Assembly: GCA_003670925.1 (NCBI GenBank)
Contig: QWQG01000198.1
Location: 10,994-74,993, forward strand
Length of the DNA: 64,000 bases
DNA from: Planctomycetota bacterium
Lineage (GTDB): Bacteria > Planctomycetota > Planctomycetia > Planctomycetales > Planctomycetaceae
Direction of reading: 5' to 3'
Both the position numbers and the translations under genes were made by a program. This document shows, piece by piece, positions 9,701 through 17,809 of this stretch. Every line of letters begins with the position of its first letter. The stretch's first letter is position 1. The notes beneath the pieces were generated by a model, which worked only from the letters and a program-made list of their open reading frames with translations, did not search any database and was not told the DNA's origin.

Positions 9701-10420
9701 TTCGGTTTTGGACTCGTTCGCACGCTCAGTAACTTCGGGCAGTTGGGAGAACGTCCGAGTCATCCGGAATTGCTTGATTCTCTGGCCGTGAGTCTGCTCG
9801 AATCTGGCTGGTCGCTGAAAGCATTGCATCGTCAGATTCTGCTGTCGGCCACCTATCGCCAGAACAGTTCTGGAGACGAAGCGAACCAACTCGTGGACCC
9901 CGAAAACCGCCTGCTGTGGAAGATGAATCGTCGACGTCTGGAGGTTGAACCGTGGCGAGATGCGGTGCTGTCCGTTTCTGGTCAATTGATGCGTGAGATC
10001 GGTGGGCCGTCGTCGGAGTTGAACGATAGTCATCGCCAACGAACACTATACGGCTACGTCAGTCGGCATCGTCTGAATGATCTGCTGCGGCTATTTGATT
10101 TTCCCGACCCCAACATCACCGCGGGAGAACGTTCTGTGACAACCGTACCCTTGCAGCAATTGTTCGTGCTGAACAGCGACTTCATGATCGTCCAAGCGAA
10201 GGCTCTCGCGGCAAGATTGTCGCGCGAGACGGAATCAGATGCCGGTCGCATCAACCGATTATTTCAGTTGCTTTACGGTCGTCTGCCGACCGATGACGAT
10301 TATAAGGTGTCGGCTGCATTCCTGCAGGAGCCATCTGCCGAAACTCGTGATTCGCTGTCGCGGCTGGAACAGTACTGTCTGGCCATGCTGGGGACGAATG
10401 AGTTTGCTTATATAGATTGA
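6800..10420 (+). CDS. Planctomycete cytochrome-c domain protein (PSCyt1 + DUF1549/PSCyt2 + DUF1553/PSD1) with central NPCBM-like insertion
   Basis: Signal peptide present. Heme motif CYECH at 6968-6982. DUF1549-like NEIDHFVLSALEKQGLKPA and DUF1553-like CARCHDHKYDPISTADYY. The central region (about 8597-9217) follows an NPCBM/NEW2-like pattern. Confidence 0.9.
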   Translation: MMWASRMLSILSGIVAIWALGIHPFVVAAPIALDDGLSAEQTEFFESKIRPTLVTHCYECHSGQAATPKGGLRLDLRETTFAGGDSGPAVIAGKPVESPLMQALRYERFEMPPTGKLPDTVIADFERWIQMGAPDPRTEVALKKVTGIDYKKGLEFWSFKPPVRVPVPGVVNSAWARNEIDHFVLSALEKQGLKPATEADRRTLMRRLYFDLVGLPPEPEAVELFVNDSSGNAYEKVIDSLLASPHYGERWGRYWLDLARFAEDQAHTFQARMYPQGYLYRDWVVRALNADMPYDQFLRLQIAGDQIDMPESHLHRAALGLFALGPVYYQDNGEQEKAQADEWDDRIDTLMRGTQAITVSCARCHDHKYDPISTADYYSLAGIFASSEYREMPAVPPETVAARQQAERSVQAKQLEIDTLLATEAPAARQKLTSSIPAYMQAAWKAMQSQDSDQKKVTEKIATEHQLNHDLLQRWVAWLSAEASSGAHGNERIHLAEWRAFHQAYREASNHADDASSQVNQIAERLRVQAELRLPQRESLRRQYGDNFAFVAAEDRMVVEPGIVPLGNLFDDKKGALLTSALASDPFRSTATAASLGVDRVLHGWGGTAEIAAGVRFDFRSIGSDSRRDAEVTNDGWSNEGGIQTLGKNCSASIGRTEQGLGMHANALITFDLDEIRRSGLMPASQSMVFRVDRAGINDDSFGVGSSVHIAVVVSKPQSKPSEFDSIIGAYLDGKPAAIEENDAVYSFLGEMPPALVPDGRFVAFDVSIPPDARSLTIATTGAEISDTANTISSDHAVLSNARLTYDASAAQLASFEPVKPLDANSEAERQLLQSDAAFLSELFDDRGVLGLAPDQIESLLEGEAKTSLAQMKIRREELQKQAVAINIPMAHSLIEGTARDVKIFLAGDPKKKGDVAPRAFPAIFTSGKQQPFQPSGSGRRELANAIASPGNPLTARVIANRVWAGHFGFGLVRTLSNFGQLGERPSHPELLDSLAVSLLESGWSLKALHRQILLSATYRQNSSGDEANQLVDPENRLLWKMNRRRLEVEPWRDAVLSVSGQLMREIGGPSSELNDSHRQRTLYGYVSRHRLNDLLRLFDFPDPNITAGERSVTTVPLQQLFVLNSDFMIVQAKALAARLSRETESDAGRINRLFQLLYGRLPTDDDYKVSAAFLQEPSAETRDSLSRLEQYCLAMLGTNEFAYID

Positions 10421-10434
10421 GGGTAGTTGAAATC

Positions 10435-11799
10435 ATGAATCAATATTCCATGCGGGCTCTGCATTCTTCATCCCGGCGAGAAATGCTGGCCCGGACTGCG
10501 GCCGGATTTGGAATGGTTGGACTTGCAGGCATCTGTGCCGCTGAGCAACAAGCAGAGAGTCCTCTGACTTCAAAGCCAGCGCATTTTACTGCCCGAGCAA
10601 AGCATGTAATTTTTCTCTTCATGAACGGAGGGCCGTCGCATGTTGATACGTTCGATCCAAAACCGGAGTTGAGGGCGCAGGCCGGAAAACCTGGCCCCGG
10701 CGGCAATTACATGCCATCACCATTCGTATTCAAGGCGATGGGTGAAAGTGGCATTGAAGTTAGCGAACTGTATCCGCATGTCGGTGAACGCATCGATGAC
10801 ATCTGTGTTATTCGATCGATGTACACGAGCACTCCGAATCATGAGCCAGGGTTGTTCATGATGAACACCGGAAGCCAGCAGCCTATTCGGCCGTCACTGG
10901 GATCATGGCTTACGTATGGCTTGGGAACGGAGAATCAGAACCTTCCTGGCTTTGTCGTGTTGTGTCCTGGCAAGCCGGTTGTTGGCCCGGCGTTATGGTC
11001 GAACAGTTTTCTTCCCGGGATCTTTCAGGGGACACATGTCGACAACGGAAAAATTGATCCGGCCAGAGTGATCGGTCATCTGAAGAATACTGCTGTGACA
11101 GGTCCGAGCCAGCGGCGTCTGCTCGATTTAATGCAGCAGATGAATCAGAAGCATCTGGAGGGGCGGCCCCAAGATGCGCAGTTGGAGGCAAGAATTCAGT
11201 CTTTGGAAATCGCGTGGCGCATGCAATCTGAAGCTGAGGAGGCCTTTGATATTAGCCGCGAGTCCGAATCGACTCGTCAAAATTACGGTTCCGGCGAGTT
11301 TGCAGATGGATGCCTCATTGCGCGGCGACTCGTCGAACGCGGGGTCCGCATGGTGCAGTTGTATTATGGCAGCGGCCAACCATGGGATGCGCATGGAGAC
11401 ATCATGGATCATCGCCGTGACGCGTTGAAAAGCGATCAGCCGATTGCCGCTTTAATGGCCGACTTGAAATCCCGCGGCTTATTCGAGGAGACGCTGATTG
11501 TGTGGGGTGGTGAATTCGGACGAACTCCGACGGCTCAGGGTGACAAGGGCCGCAATCATCACGCGACCGGCTTCAGCATGTGGCTCGCCGGGGGAGGAAT
11601 TCGCGGCGGCATGATCTTCGGAGCGACCGATGATCTAGGTGTTAAGGCTGTCGAAAATCGAATGAGCGTCCATGATCTACACGCGACAATCTTGCATCTA
11701 ATGGGCATCAATCATGAACAGTTGACGTACCGCTATTCTGGCCGCGACTTTCGCCTGACGGACGTGTACGGCAACGTAGCTCACGACATCATTGCGTGA
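10435..11799 (+). CDS. DUF1501 (sulfatase-like) protein with Tat-type signal
   Basis: ATG at 10435. Twin-arginine-like signal SSRREMLARTAAGFGMVGLAG. Family-typical FLFMNGGPSHVDTFDPKP and WGGEFGRTP. This is the usual partner of PSCyt/PSD genes. Confidence 0.9.
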   Translation: MNQYSMRALHSSSRREMLARTAAGFGMVGLAGICAAEQQAESPLTSKPAHFTARAKHVIFLFMNGGPSHVDTFDPKPELRAQAGKPGPGGNYMPSPFVFKAMGESGIEVSELYPHVGERIDDICVIRSMYTSTPNHEPGLFMMNTGSQQPIRPSLGSWLTYGLGTENQNLPGFVVLCPGKPVVGPALWSNSFLPGIFQGTHVDNGKIDPARVIGHLKNTAVTGPSQRRLLDLMQQMNQKHLEGRPQDAQLEARIQSLEIAWRMQSEAEEAFDISRESESTRQNYGSGEFADGCLIARRLVERGVRMVQLYYGSGQPWDAHGDIMDHRRDALKSDQPIAALMADLKSRGLFEETLIVWGGEFGRTPTAQGDKGRNHHATGFSMWLAGGGIRGGMIFGATDDLGVKAVENRMSVHDLHATILHLMGINHEQLTYRYSGRDFRLTDVYGNVAHDIIA

Positions 11800-12350
11800 C
11801 AAAAACGGATTTGAAACTGCGCCGACGCCTGACTTTTATGCGCTCCCAACGCGGCCCACTTCGTTTGGAGTTTCTGCTGGCGATCAGCTTCCTGCTAGTC
11901 GCATCTGGTTCAGCAGCCGGCGTCTGCATCGCCTGCCACTGCGCCGCAACTGGCCCCCCTACACTCAACCCCTCGAAATCCCTTAAAGCGGGCACCGCGC
12001 TGGAGTTCCCCAGCTGTGTTGGCGGAGGGGTGGGATTGAAGGGGCTGCGGTGACATTCCTGTGGCCGATTTTCGTTGCCGCTGCGCCGCCGGGGTTCACC
12101 CCCTTTTGATATCGCTGATATTTATTGCCCGTGTGGCCACGAGTCGAGAGCACAGATCGACCGCATATCCGGCCACGCGACGCAGTTGGTGGCTTACATT
12201 GCGAAGATAGGGATGTCGCCGGAAGTCTTTTCCGGCAGAAAGAAATGACTGTTCAGCCTGACCGGTGGACAATTTCCGTAGCCGTCCTCAAAATGGCAGA
12301 GCAGACCTCACCTCATCTCGCCGTCATATCCCGCAGGAGCTCGCAGACGC

Positions 12351-14306
12351 ATGACTCAGTCCGGCAATCAGAATATTCAAAGTTCTCTCAAGGAAACTCG
12401 AACCTTTGCCCCACCGGCTACGTTTTCTGTGAGTGCGCATATCAGCAGCGAACAGCAGTATGAAGCGATGTGGCATCGCGCTAAAGATGACCCGGCGGGA
12501 TTCTGGGGCGAAATGGCAGGAAATTTGGACTGGTTTCGCCGTTGGGACGCCGTCATGCAAGGGGGCATGCCCGACACGAAATGGTTTGTGGGAGGCAAGA
12601 TCAACGCCAGTTACAACTGCATCGATCGACATCTCAACGGTCCGAATCGCAACAAAGCCGCGATTATTTGGGAAGGTGAACCGGGCGATACACGTGTTCT
12701 TCGCTATCAGGATCTGCATCGGGAAGTCTGCAAGTTTGCCAACGTCCTGAAGAAGTTGGGTGTGCAAACCGGTGATCGCGTCACCTTATACATGCCCATG
12801 ATTCCCGAACTCGCGATTGCCATGCTAGCCTGTGCGCGGATAGGAGCCGTACATTCCATCATCTTTGGTGGCTTCAGTGCAGATGCCGTCGCGGACCGCA
12901 ACAACGACGCGCAGGCGAAGATTATCGTAACTGCTGACGGGGGCTGGCGGCGTGGCAAAGAGGTGCCATTGAAAGCCGCTGTTGATGCGAGTATGGATAA
13001 ATCGCCATCGGTGGAAAAAGTTGTCGTCGTTCGCCGGACGGGAGGCGATGTCGATATGGTGCCGGATCGCGATTTCTGGTGGCACGAACTGATGGAAGGC
13101 ATGTCGGCCGATTGTGACCCCGTGCAACTCGACAGCGAACATCCGCTCTTTATTCTGTACACATCTGGCAGCACCGGAAAACCCAAAGGTGTGATGCACA
13201 CGACTGCAGGTTATTTGCTGGGTACCATGATGACGTCAAAATGGGTCTTTGACCTCAAGGATGACGACACATATTGGTGTACGGCCGATATCGGTTGGGT
13301 CACAGGACACAGTTACATCTGCTACGGCCCGCTTTCCAATGGTGCAACTGTGGTGATGTACGAGGGAGCTCCCAACTGGCCGGACGAAGGTCGTTTCTGG
13401 GAGATGATCGAAAAATATAAGGTCAGTATTTTCTATACAGCGCCCACTGCCATTCGCGCGTTCATTAAATGGGGTAACCAATGGCCCGAAAAATACGATC
13501 TATCGAGCCTCCGGCTCTTGGGTTCGGTCGGTGAACCAATCAATCCGGAAGCATGGATGTGGTATCATCGCGTCATCGGTCAGGAACGCTGTCCGATCGT
13601 AGACACATGGTGGCAGACTGAAACCGGTGCCATCATGATCAGTCCCTTGCCCGGCGTCACTGCGACGAAGCCCGGCAGCTGTGCACGACCTTTGCCTGGT
13701 GTTGTACCGGATATCGTCACGCGCGATGGTCAGAGTCTGGGGCCGAACGAAGGCGGTCTGTTGGTCATGCGGCAGCCTTGGCCATCAATGCTCCGAACTT
13801 TGTACGGCGACCATGATCGTTTTAAGCAGACGTACTTCGCGGACGTCCCTGGCTGTTATTTTGCCGGTGACGGTGCGCGGCGTGACGAAGACGGCTACAT
13901 CTGGGTGATGGGGCGGATCGATGATGTGATCAACGTTGCGGGACATCGCCTGAGCACGATGGAAGTGGAAAGCGCCCTTGTCGCACATCCGAAAGTTGCG
14001 GAAGCAGCGGTTGTAGGATTTCCACATGAAATCAAAGGGGAAGGTATCTGCTGCTTTGTGTCACTCAAAGACGGCGAAGGCAACGATGATCTGAAGAAGG
14101 AATTGATCCAGCACGTCCGCCACACGATCGGCGCATTGGCCACACCGGATCAGGTTCGTTTCGCCCCGGCTTTACCAAAAACCCGCAGTGGGAAAATCAT
14201 GCGGCGCCTGTTGCGAGACGTCGCCGCTGGTCGCGAATCCACGTCGGATACGTCGACACTGGAAGACCTGAATGTGATGGCAAAACTGCGTGCGGATGAG
14301 GAATGA
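12351..14306 (+). CDS. acs: Acetyl-CoA synthetase
   Basis: 651 aa. AMP-binding motif [12 protein letters not shown] and C-terminal [10 protein letters not shown]. The N-terminus is typical of Acs. AGGAG lies upstream of the ATG. Confidence 0.95.
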   Translation: MTQSGNQNIQSSLKETRTFAPPATFSVSAHISSEQQYEAMWHRAKDDPAGFWGEMAGNLDWFRRWDAVMQGGMPDTKWFVGGKINASYNCIDRHLNGPNRNKAAIIWEGEPGDTRVLRYQDLHREVCKFANVLKKLGVQTGDRVTLYMPMIPELAIAMLACARIGAVHSIIFGGFSADAVADRNNDAQAKIIVTADGGWRRGKEVPLKAAVDASMDKSPSVEKVVVVRRTGGDVDMVPDRDFWWHELMEGMSADCDPVQLDSEHPLFILYTSGSTGKPKGVMHTTAGYLLGTMMTSKWVFDLKDDDTYWCTADIGWVTGHSYICYGPLSNGATVVMYEGAPNWPDEGRFWEMIEKYKVSIFYTAPTAIRAFIKWGNQWPEKYDLSSLRLLGSVGEPINPEAWMWYHRVIGQERCPIVDTWWQTETGAIMISPLPGVTATKPGSCARPLPGVVPDIVTRDGQSLGPNEGGLLVMRQPWPSMLRTLYGDHDRFKQTYFADVPGCYFAGDGARRDEDGYIWVMGRIDDVINVAGHRLSTMEVESALVAHPKVAEAAVVGFPHEIKGEGICCFVSLKDGEGNDDLKKELIQHVRHTIGALATPDQVRFAPALPKTRSGKIMRRLLRDVAAGRESTSDTSTLEDLNVMAKLRADEE

Positions 14307-14345
14307 ATGGGGGGGGCATATTGGGAAAATCCCTTCCAACGCAAG

Positions 14346-14766
14346 TTAAATCTGGCAGTCTCCGTTGAGCGACAAACGGATCTGGTGATCGCTTGTCAGT
14401 CTCTCAACAAACTGATGGCGATCGAGTTCGAGAAACTCGATCGCCTTCTTTTCCGCATCAATGATCAAATACCAGCGCACGCCCTGCTGCTGGTATCGTT
14501 GTTTCTTGGGGGTACAGTCTTTGTCCTGCGTCGATGGCGACAGGACTTGGGCCACAAGAGCAGGGGTGTAATCGATGTATTTCTTCGCAAGTCCATGACA
14601 GAGAACCGACACGTCCGGCCGAACTAAAGTCGATTCGCGATGTGATCCGCAGAGTATCAGTTTCGTCGCGGAGAATCCGGTCCATGCTGATTTCGCGCTG
14701 GGCGAAGCTGGGAGATTGCTGTACTCTGAGGCAATCATCGACCAGCATCCACTCACGGTAGAGCAA
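14346..14766 (-). pseudogene. Uma2-family (DUF820) restriction-endonuclease-fold gene, apparently frameshifted
   Basis: The C-terminal half is in ORF 14346..14756 (RPDVSVL...PALVAQVLSPSTQDKDCTPKKQRYQQQGVRWYLIID). An N-terminal-like motif is in the other frame, ORF 14458..14766 (WMLVDDCLRVQQSPSFAQREISMDRIL). There is no ATG start. Confidence 0.45.
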
Positions 14767-14860
14767 ATCGAACGGCTGCTGCTCTTGCTTGAAACAATTT
14801 GATCCGAGTGCCCGCCGATGGCGTTGTCGTGCTCAACAAACCTGGTCGGTGAGGATTTCC

Positions 14861-15505
14861 ATGAAACTTCAACTCAAGAAAAACCTGTTGAGCGTGCTGG
14901 CCTTCGTCGGCTTGATCTGGGCTGTATACCTGATTAATCTTCCGCTAAAGCTCAGCGACTACAATCTCAACCAATTTGGCCTCCAACCTCGCACGCTTCA
15001 CGGATTGATCGGTATCTTTGCGATGCCGTTTCTTCATGATGGCCTGAACCACTTGCTGGGCAACACCGTGCCGCTGGTCGTGCTGTTGATGATGCTGACC
15101 TTTACGCGTCCGAATCCTCGACGCATCGTCGTTTGTCTCGCCGTTATGTCTGGTGGGATGTTGTGGGTTGTTGGGTGGGATCGAACGCAGGTGCACGTTG
15201 GTGCAAGCGGGTTGATATACGCACTCGCGGTTTTTCTCATGGCCGCAGGATACTACGATCGGAAGATCATATCGATCATCGTGGCACTATTCGTGGTTGT
15301 GCTCTATGGTGGCCTGTTTTGGGGTTTACTGCCGATGGCCGGCAAGGATGTGTCATGGGAAGGACACTTATGGGGCGCGGTCGCTGGGGGATTGTTTGCA
15401 GCCCAAACTGTCGGACGCCTAGGGCGTAGCCGACAGCTTGTTGCTTCCGGTGCGGTTATGCCAGTGATCTCGGATGTTCCTGGAAACTCAGCAGACAAAT
15501 ATTGA
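14861..15505 (+). CDS. Rhomboid family intramembrane serine protease
   Basis: ATG at 14861. Multiple TM helices, catalytic GASGLIYAL and later HLWGAVAGGLFA. Confidence 0.8.
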   Translation: MKLQLKKNLLSVLAFVGLIWAVYLINLPLKLSDYNLNQFGLQPRTLHGLIGIFAMPFLHDGLNHLLGNTVPLVVLLMMLTFTRPNPRRIVVCLAVMSGGMLWVVGWDRTQVHVGASGLIYALAVFLMAAGYYDRKIISIIVALFVVVLYGGLFWGLLPMAGKDVSWEGHLWGAVAGGLFAAQTVGRLGRSRQLVASGAVMPVISDVPGNSADKY

Positions 15506-15512
15506 CGGGGTG

Positions 15513-16556
15513 CTACTTCTTCGTCAGTTCGTCAGCCTTCGTCTTCAATTCCGCGGCCTTCATGATTGCGGCGTCTGACTTAGTCTTCAGTTCAACAAGT
15601 TTCGCTGCGGCTTCGTCGGATTTCTTCTTTGCTTCGTCAGCTTTTGCCTTTGCTTCTTCGGCTGGCTTTTTCAAAGGCTCTACAGCCGCTGTTGCAGCTT
15701 CAACCGTTTTTTGAGCCTCGGTAGCAGCCGTTTCAGCGGCGGTGATGGCTTCTGCCGGAGAATTCGGATCAGCTTTCAGATCCACCACGGCTTTATCGGC
15801 AGCGGCCTTCGCAGCGTTCGCAGCATCGAGGACTTTTGTGGCGGCATCCAGTGCGGCTTGGGCATCAGTCTGGACTTTGGCAGCAGCTTCCGATGCTGTG
15901 GCTGTTTCCGTGATTGTTGTGCCCTGTGCTACGATCATGGCCGCGAGTTCTTCAACATGCTTGGCTTCATCTTCCGCCCCCCGGACGGCTTCAACTATGA
16001 CTCGTTCGCGATCCTTCTTGAAGTCCGGCACAATTTCAATTTCCGGGATCGCAGCCTTCAGCGTTTCTTCACCAGCTTCAGAAATGGTCGTCTGCCAGAC
16101 ATATAGCTTTCGAAGTGTTTTCAAATTGTTCAGGTGTACCAATCCCGCATCAGTAACTTTTGTTTCATAGACATTAAGATATTCTAAAACCTGAAGTGCC
16201 GACAGGTGTGCCAGTCCAGCATCGGTGACGGCCGTCTTTTCGAGATGAAGTTTTGCAAGCCCCTTGAGTCCTGTGAGTTGCGCTAAGCCGGCGTCGGTAA
16301 TTTTTGTGCCACGCAGGTTGAGCGAATAAACGTTGGCCGCATCTTTCACAACTGCGAGCGTTTCATCGGTAATCTCTTTGTCTGAAAGATGAAACGCGAC
16401 GGACAGTCGAGCATCATTTTTTGCGAGTGGCATGGCTTGGCCGCCAGCGGCCTGAATAGCTGTAATCAATTGTTTATCGGCGTCCGTTAACTCTTCTTGA
16501 GCTAACGCGACTCCGGAAAGAACCAGCATGGCCAGCAGCGTTCCTGAAATCTTCAT
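15513..16556 (-). CDS. Secreted leucine-rich-repeat protein with Ala/Lys-rich coiled-coil tail
   Basis: The ATG (complement 16554-16556) follows AAGAGGTG. Signal peptide MKISGTLLAMLVLSGVALA. Repeats of the form L.L..T.ITDAGLA.L. The C-terminal 150 aa are low-complexity A/K/E/T. Confidence 0.75.
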   Translation of the reverse strand: MKISGTLLAMLVLSGVALAQEELTDADKQLITAIQAAGGQAMPLAKNDARLSVAFHLSDKEITDETLAVVKDAANVYSLNLRGTKITDAGLAQLTGLKGLAKLHLEKTAVTDAGLAHLSALQVLEYLNVYETKVTDAGLVHLNNLKTLRKLYVWQTTISEAGEETLKAAIPEIEIVPDFKKDRERVIVEAVRGAEDEAKHVEELAAMIVAQGTTITETATASEAAAKVQTDAQAALDAATKVLDAANAAKAAADKAVVDLKADPNSPAEAITAAETAATEAQKTVEAATAAVEPLKKPAEEAKAKADEAKKKSDEAAAKLVELKTKSDAAIMKAAELKTKADELTKK

Positions 16557-16713
16557 AGCACACCTCTTTTTTGTCTGCAAACAGGTCGTTACTCGTAGAG
16601 CCCATCATTCAAAACAGGCCCTGAACTTCTACGAGGTTACGCCGAGATCGACCAAAGTGCAACAGTCCCGCGATTTTTGGTATTCCCGCAACCCTAATTG
16701 GGTGAATGCAACA

Positions 16714-17121
16714 TCACTGACCGTGGAGCGCTTCACTGCGAAGCGACCCGGCACGCTGCATCACGCTACTGGACAAGTCCGTGCGTTTGGGTTCTAGCTG
16801 AAACGAAAACTGCCGATGATCGGTTACATGTCGACCCAGAAAATTGTCACTCACAAAATCGAGCGGAAATTTCTGATACCACGGAGCTGGAATGTCCACC
16901 ATTTCCGTGTGGGTTTCGTAGCCGTCACGCAGCAACTGAACTTCGCGCGTGCCATACCAAGTGTAGTCGAACGAGGCAGGCGTGTAACCAATGTCCTTGC
17001 CATCAACCTTCACGAGTGCTCCTGACGGCGAGGAATTGATCGTGACGCGCCGATGCACACAACCGACCTGAGTCAGGGCGAGTAGCAAAAACAGCGAAAT
17101 CCAATTCCAACGCGTCGACAT
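16714..17121 (-). CDS. PEGA-domain lipoprotein
   Basis: Lipobox-like LLALTQVGC. The PEGA pattern is VTINSSPSGALVKVDGKDIGYTPASFDYTWYGTREVQLLRDGYE. Confidence 0.75.
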   Translation of the reverse strand: MSTRWNWISLFLLLALTQVGCVHRRVTINSSPSGALVKVDGKDIGYTPASFDYTWYGTREVQLLRDGYETHTEMVDIPAPWYQKFPLDFVSDNFLGRHVTDHRQFSFQLEPKRTDLSSSVMQRAGSLRSEALHGQ

Positions 17122-17240
17122 CGTGCCGGTTTCCGAATGAGCGATAAGGAAACCGCAGTTTAGCTTGATCCCGAAAATCAGGCCAAGATCAATTCGTGGG
17201 GCAAAAAACCGGGAATAATCGCGGTTAACGAGTGAACAGC

Positions 17241-17534
17241 CTAAAATCCTCGGTCATTTTCTTCCAATTGCGATTGCAATTGGTCGCGTTCGCGGCGCGT
17301 CGTCTCAAGGTCAAACATGAGATACTTCACGTCTAGTCTTAACTGGGAAAGAGATTCCTGCACCAGATTGAGAATTCTTCGACGCCGCAGAATGGATTCC
17401 GCAACTCGGTCGTAGGCTGCCGCTAAACCCACTTTTTCAGGTCCACTGGAAGCGTCGATGACCCGCAAGAGTTCCTGCATTTCTGCAGGAAGGCTCGTTG
17501 TCTCCGAATCGTGAATGCGTTTAAAGGTTGACAT
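17241..17534 (-). CDS. Small coiled-coil protein, unknown function
   Basis: 97-aa ORF with an ATG start. The C-terminal half has heptad-like character (LSQLRLDVKYLMFDLETTRRERDQLQSQLEE). No recognisable family. Confidence 0.45.
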   Translation of the reverse strand: MSTFKRIHDSETTSLPAEMQELLRVIDASSGPEKVGLAAAYDRVAESILRRRRILNLVQESLSQLRLDVKYLMFDLETTRRERDQLQSQLEENDRGF

Positions 17535-17809
17535 GTGGGGGGAGTTCCCTGGACTTAGTGGACCCAGTAAAAACTGTTTTCAACGGGAGGAATGTTTCTA
17601 TTCTGCCGCATGTGAATCCCTGGCTCAAGCAATTTGGCACCCGAATGAGGTTTTTTTACCACGAACCCTGAAAAGTTGATCTCGGAGCAACATCGGGGGC
17701 GAGGTTATACTTCACGCTGCATCGATTATTTTAATTGTAACGCCGCGCATTCATCGCCGATTGGCTCGTGCGGGCAACTGAAGTTCGTCATTAGATCCCG
17801 CCGAAGCAC

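Noticed and set aside
15502-16170. Ala/Ser-rich plus-strand ORFs (15502..15714, 15711..16106, 15742..16170).
   Set aside because: They are mirror images of the low-complexity Ala/Lys-rich tail of the minus-strand LRR gene. They have no start context or motifs.
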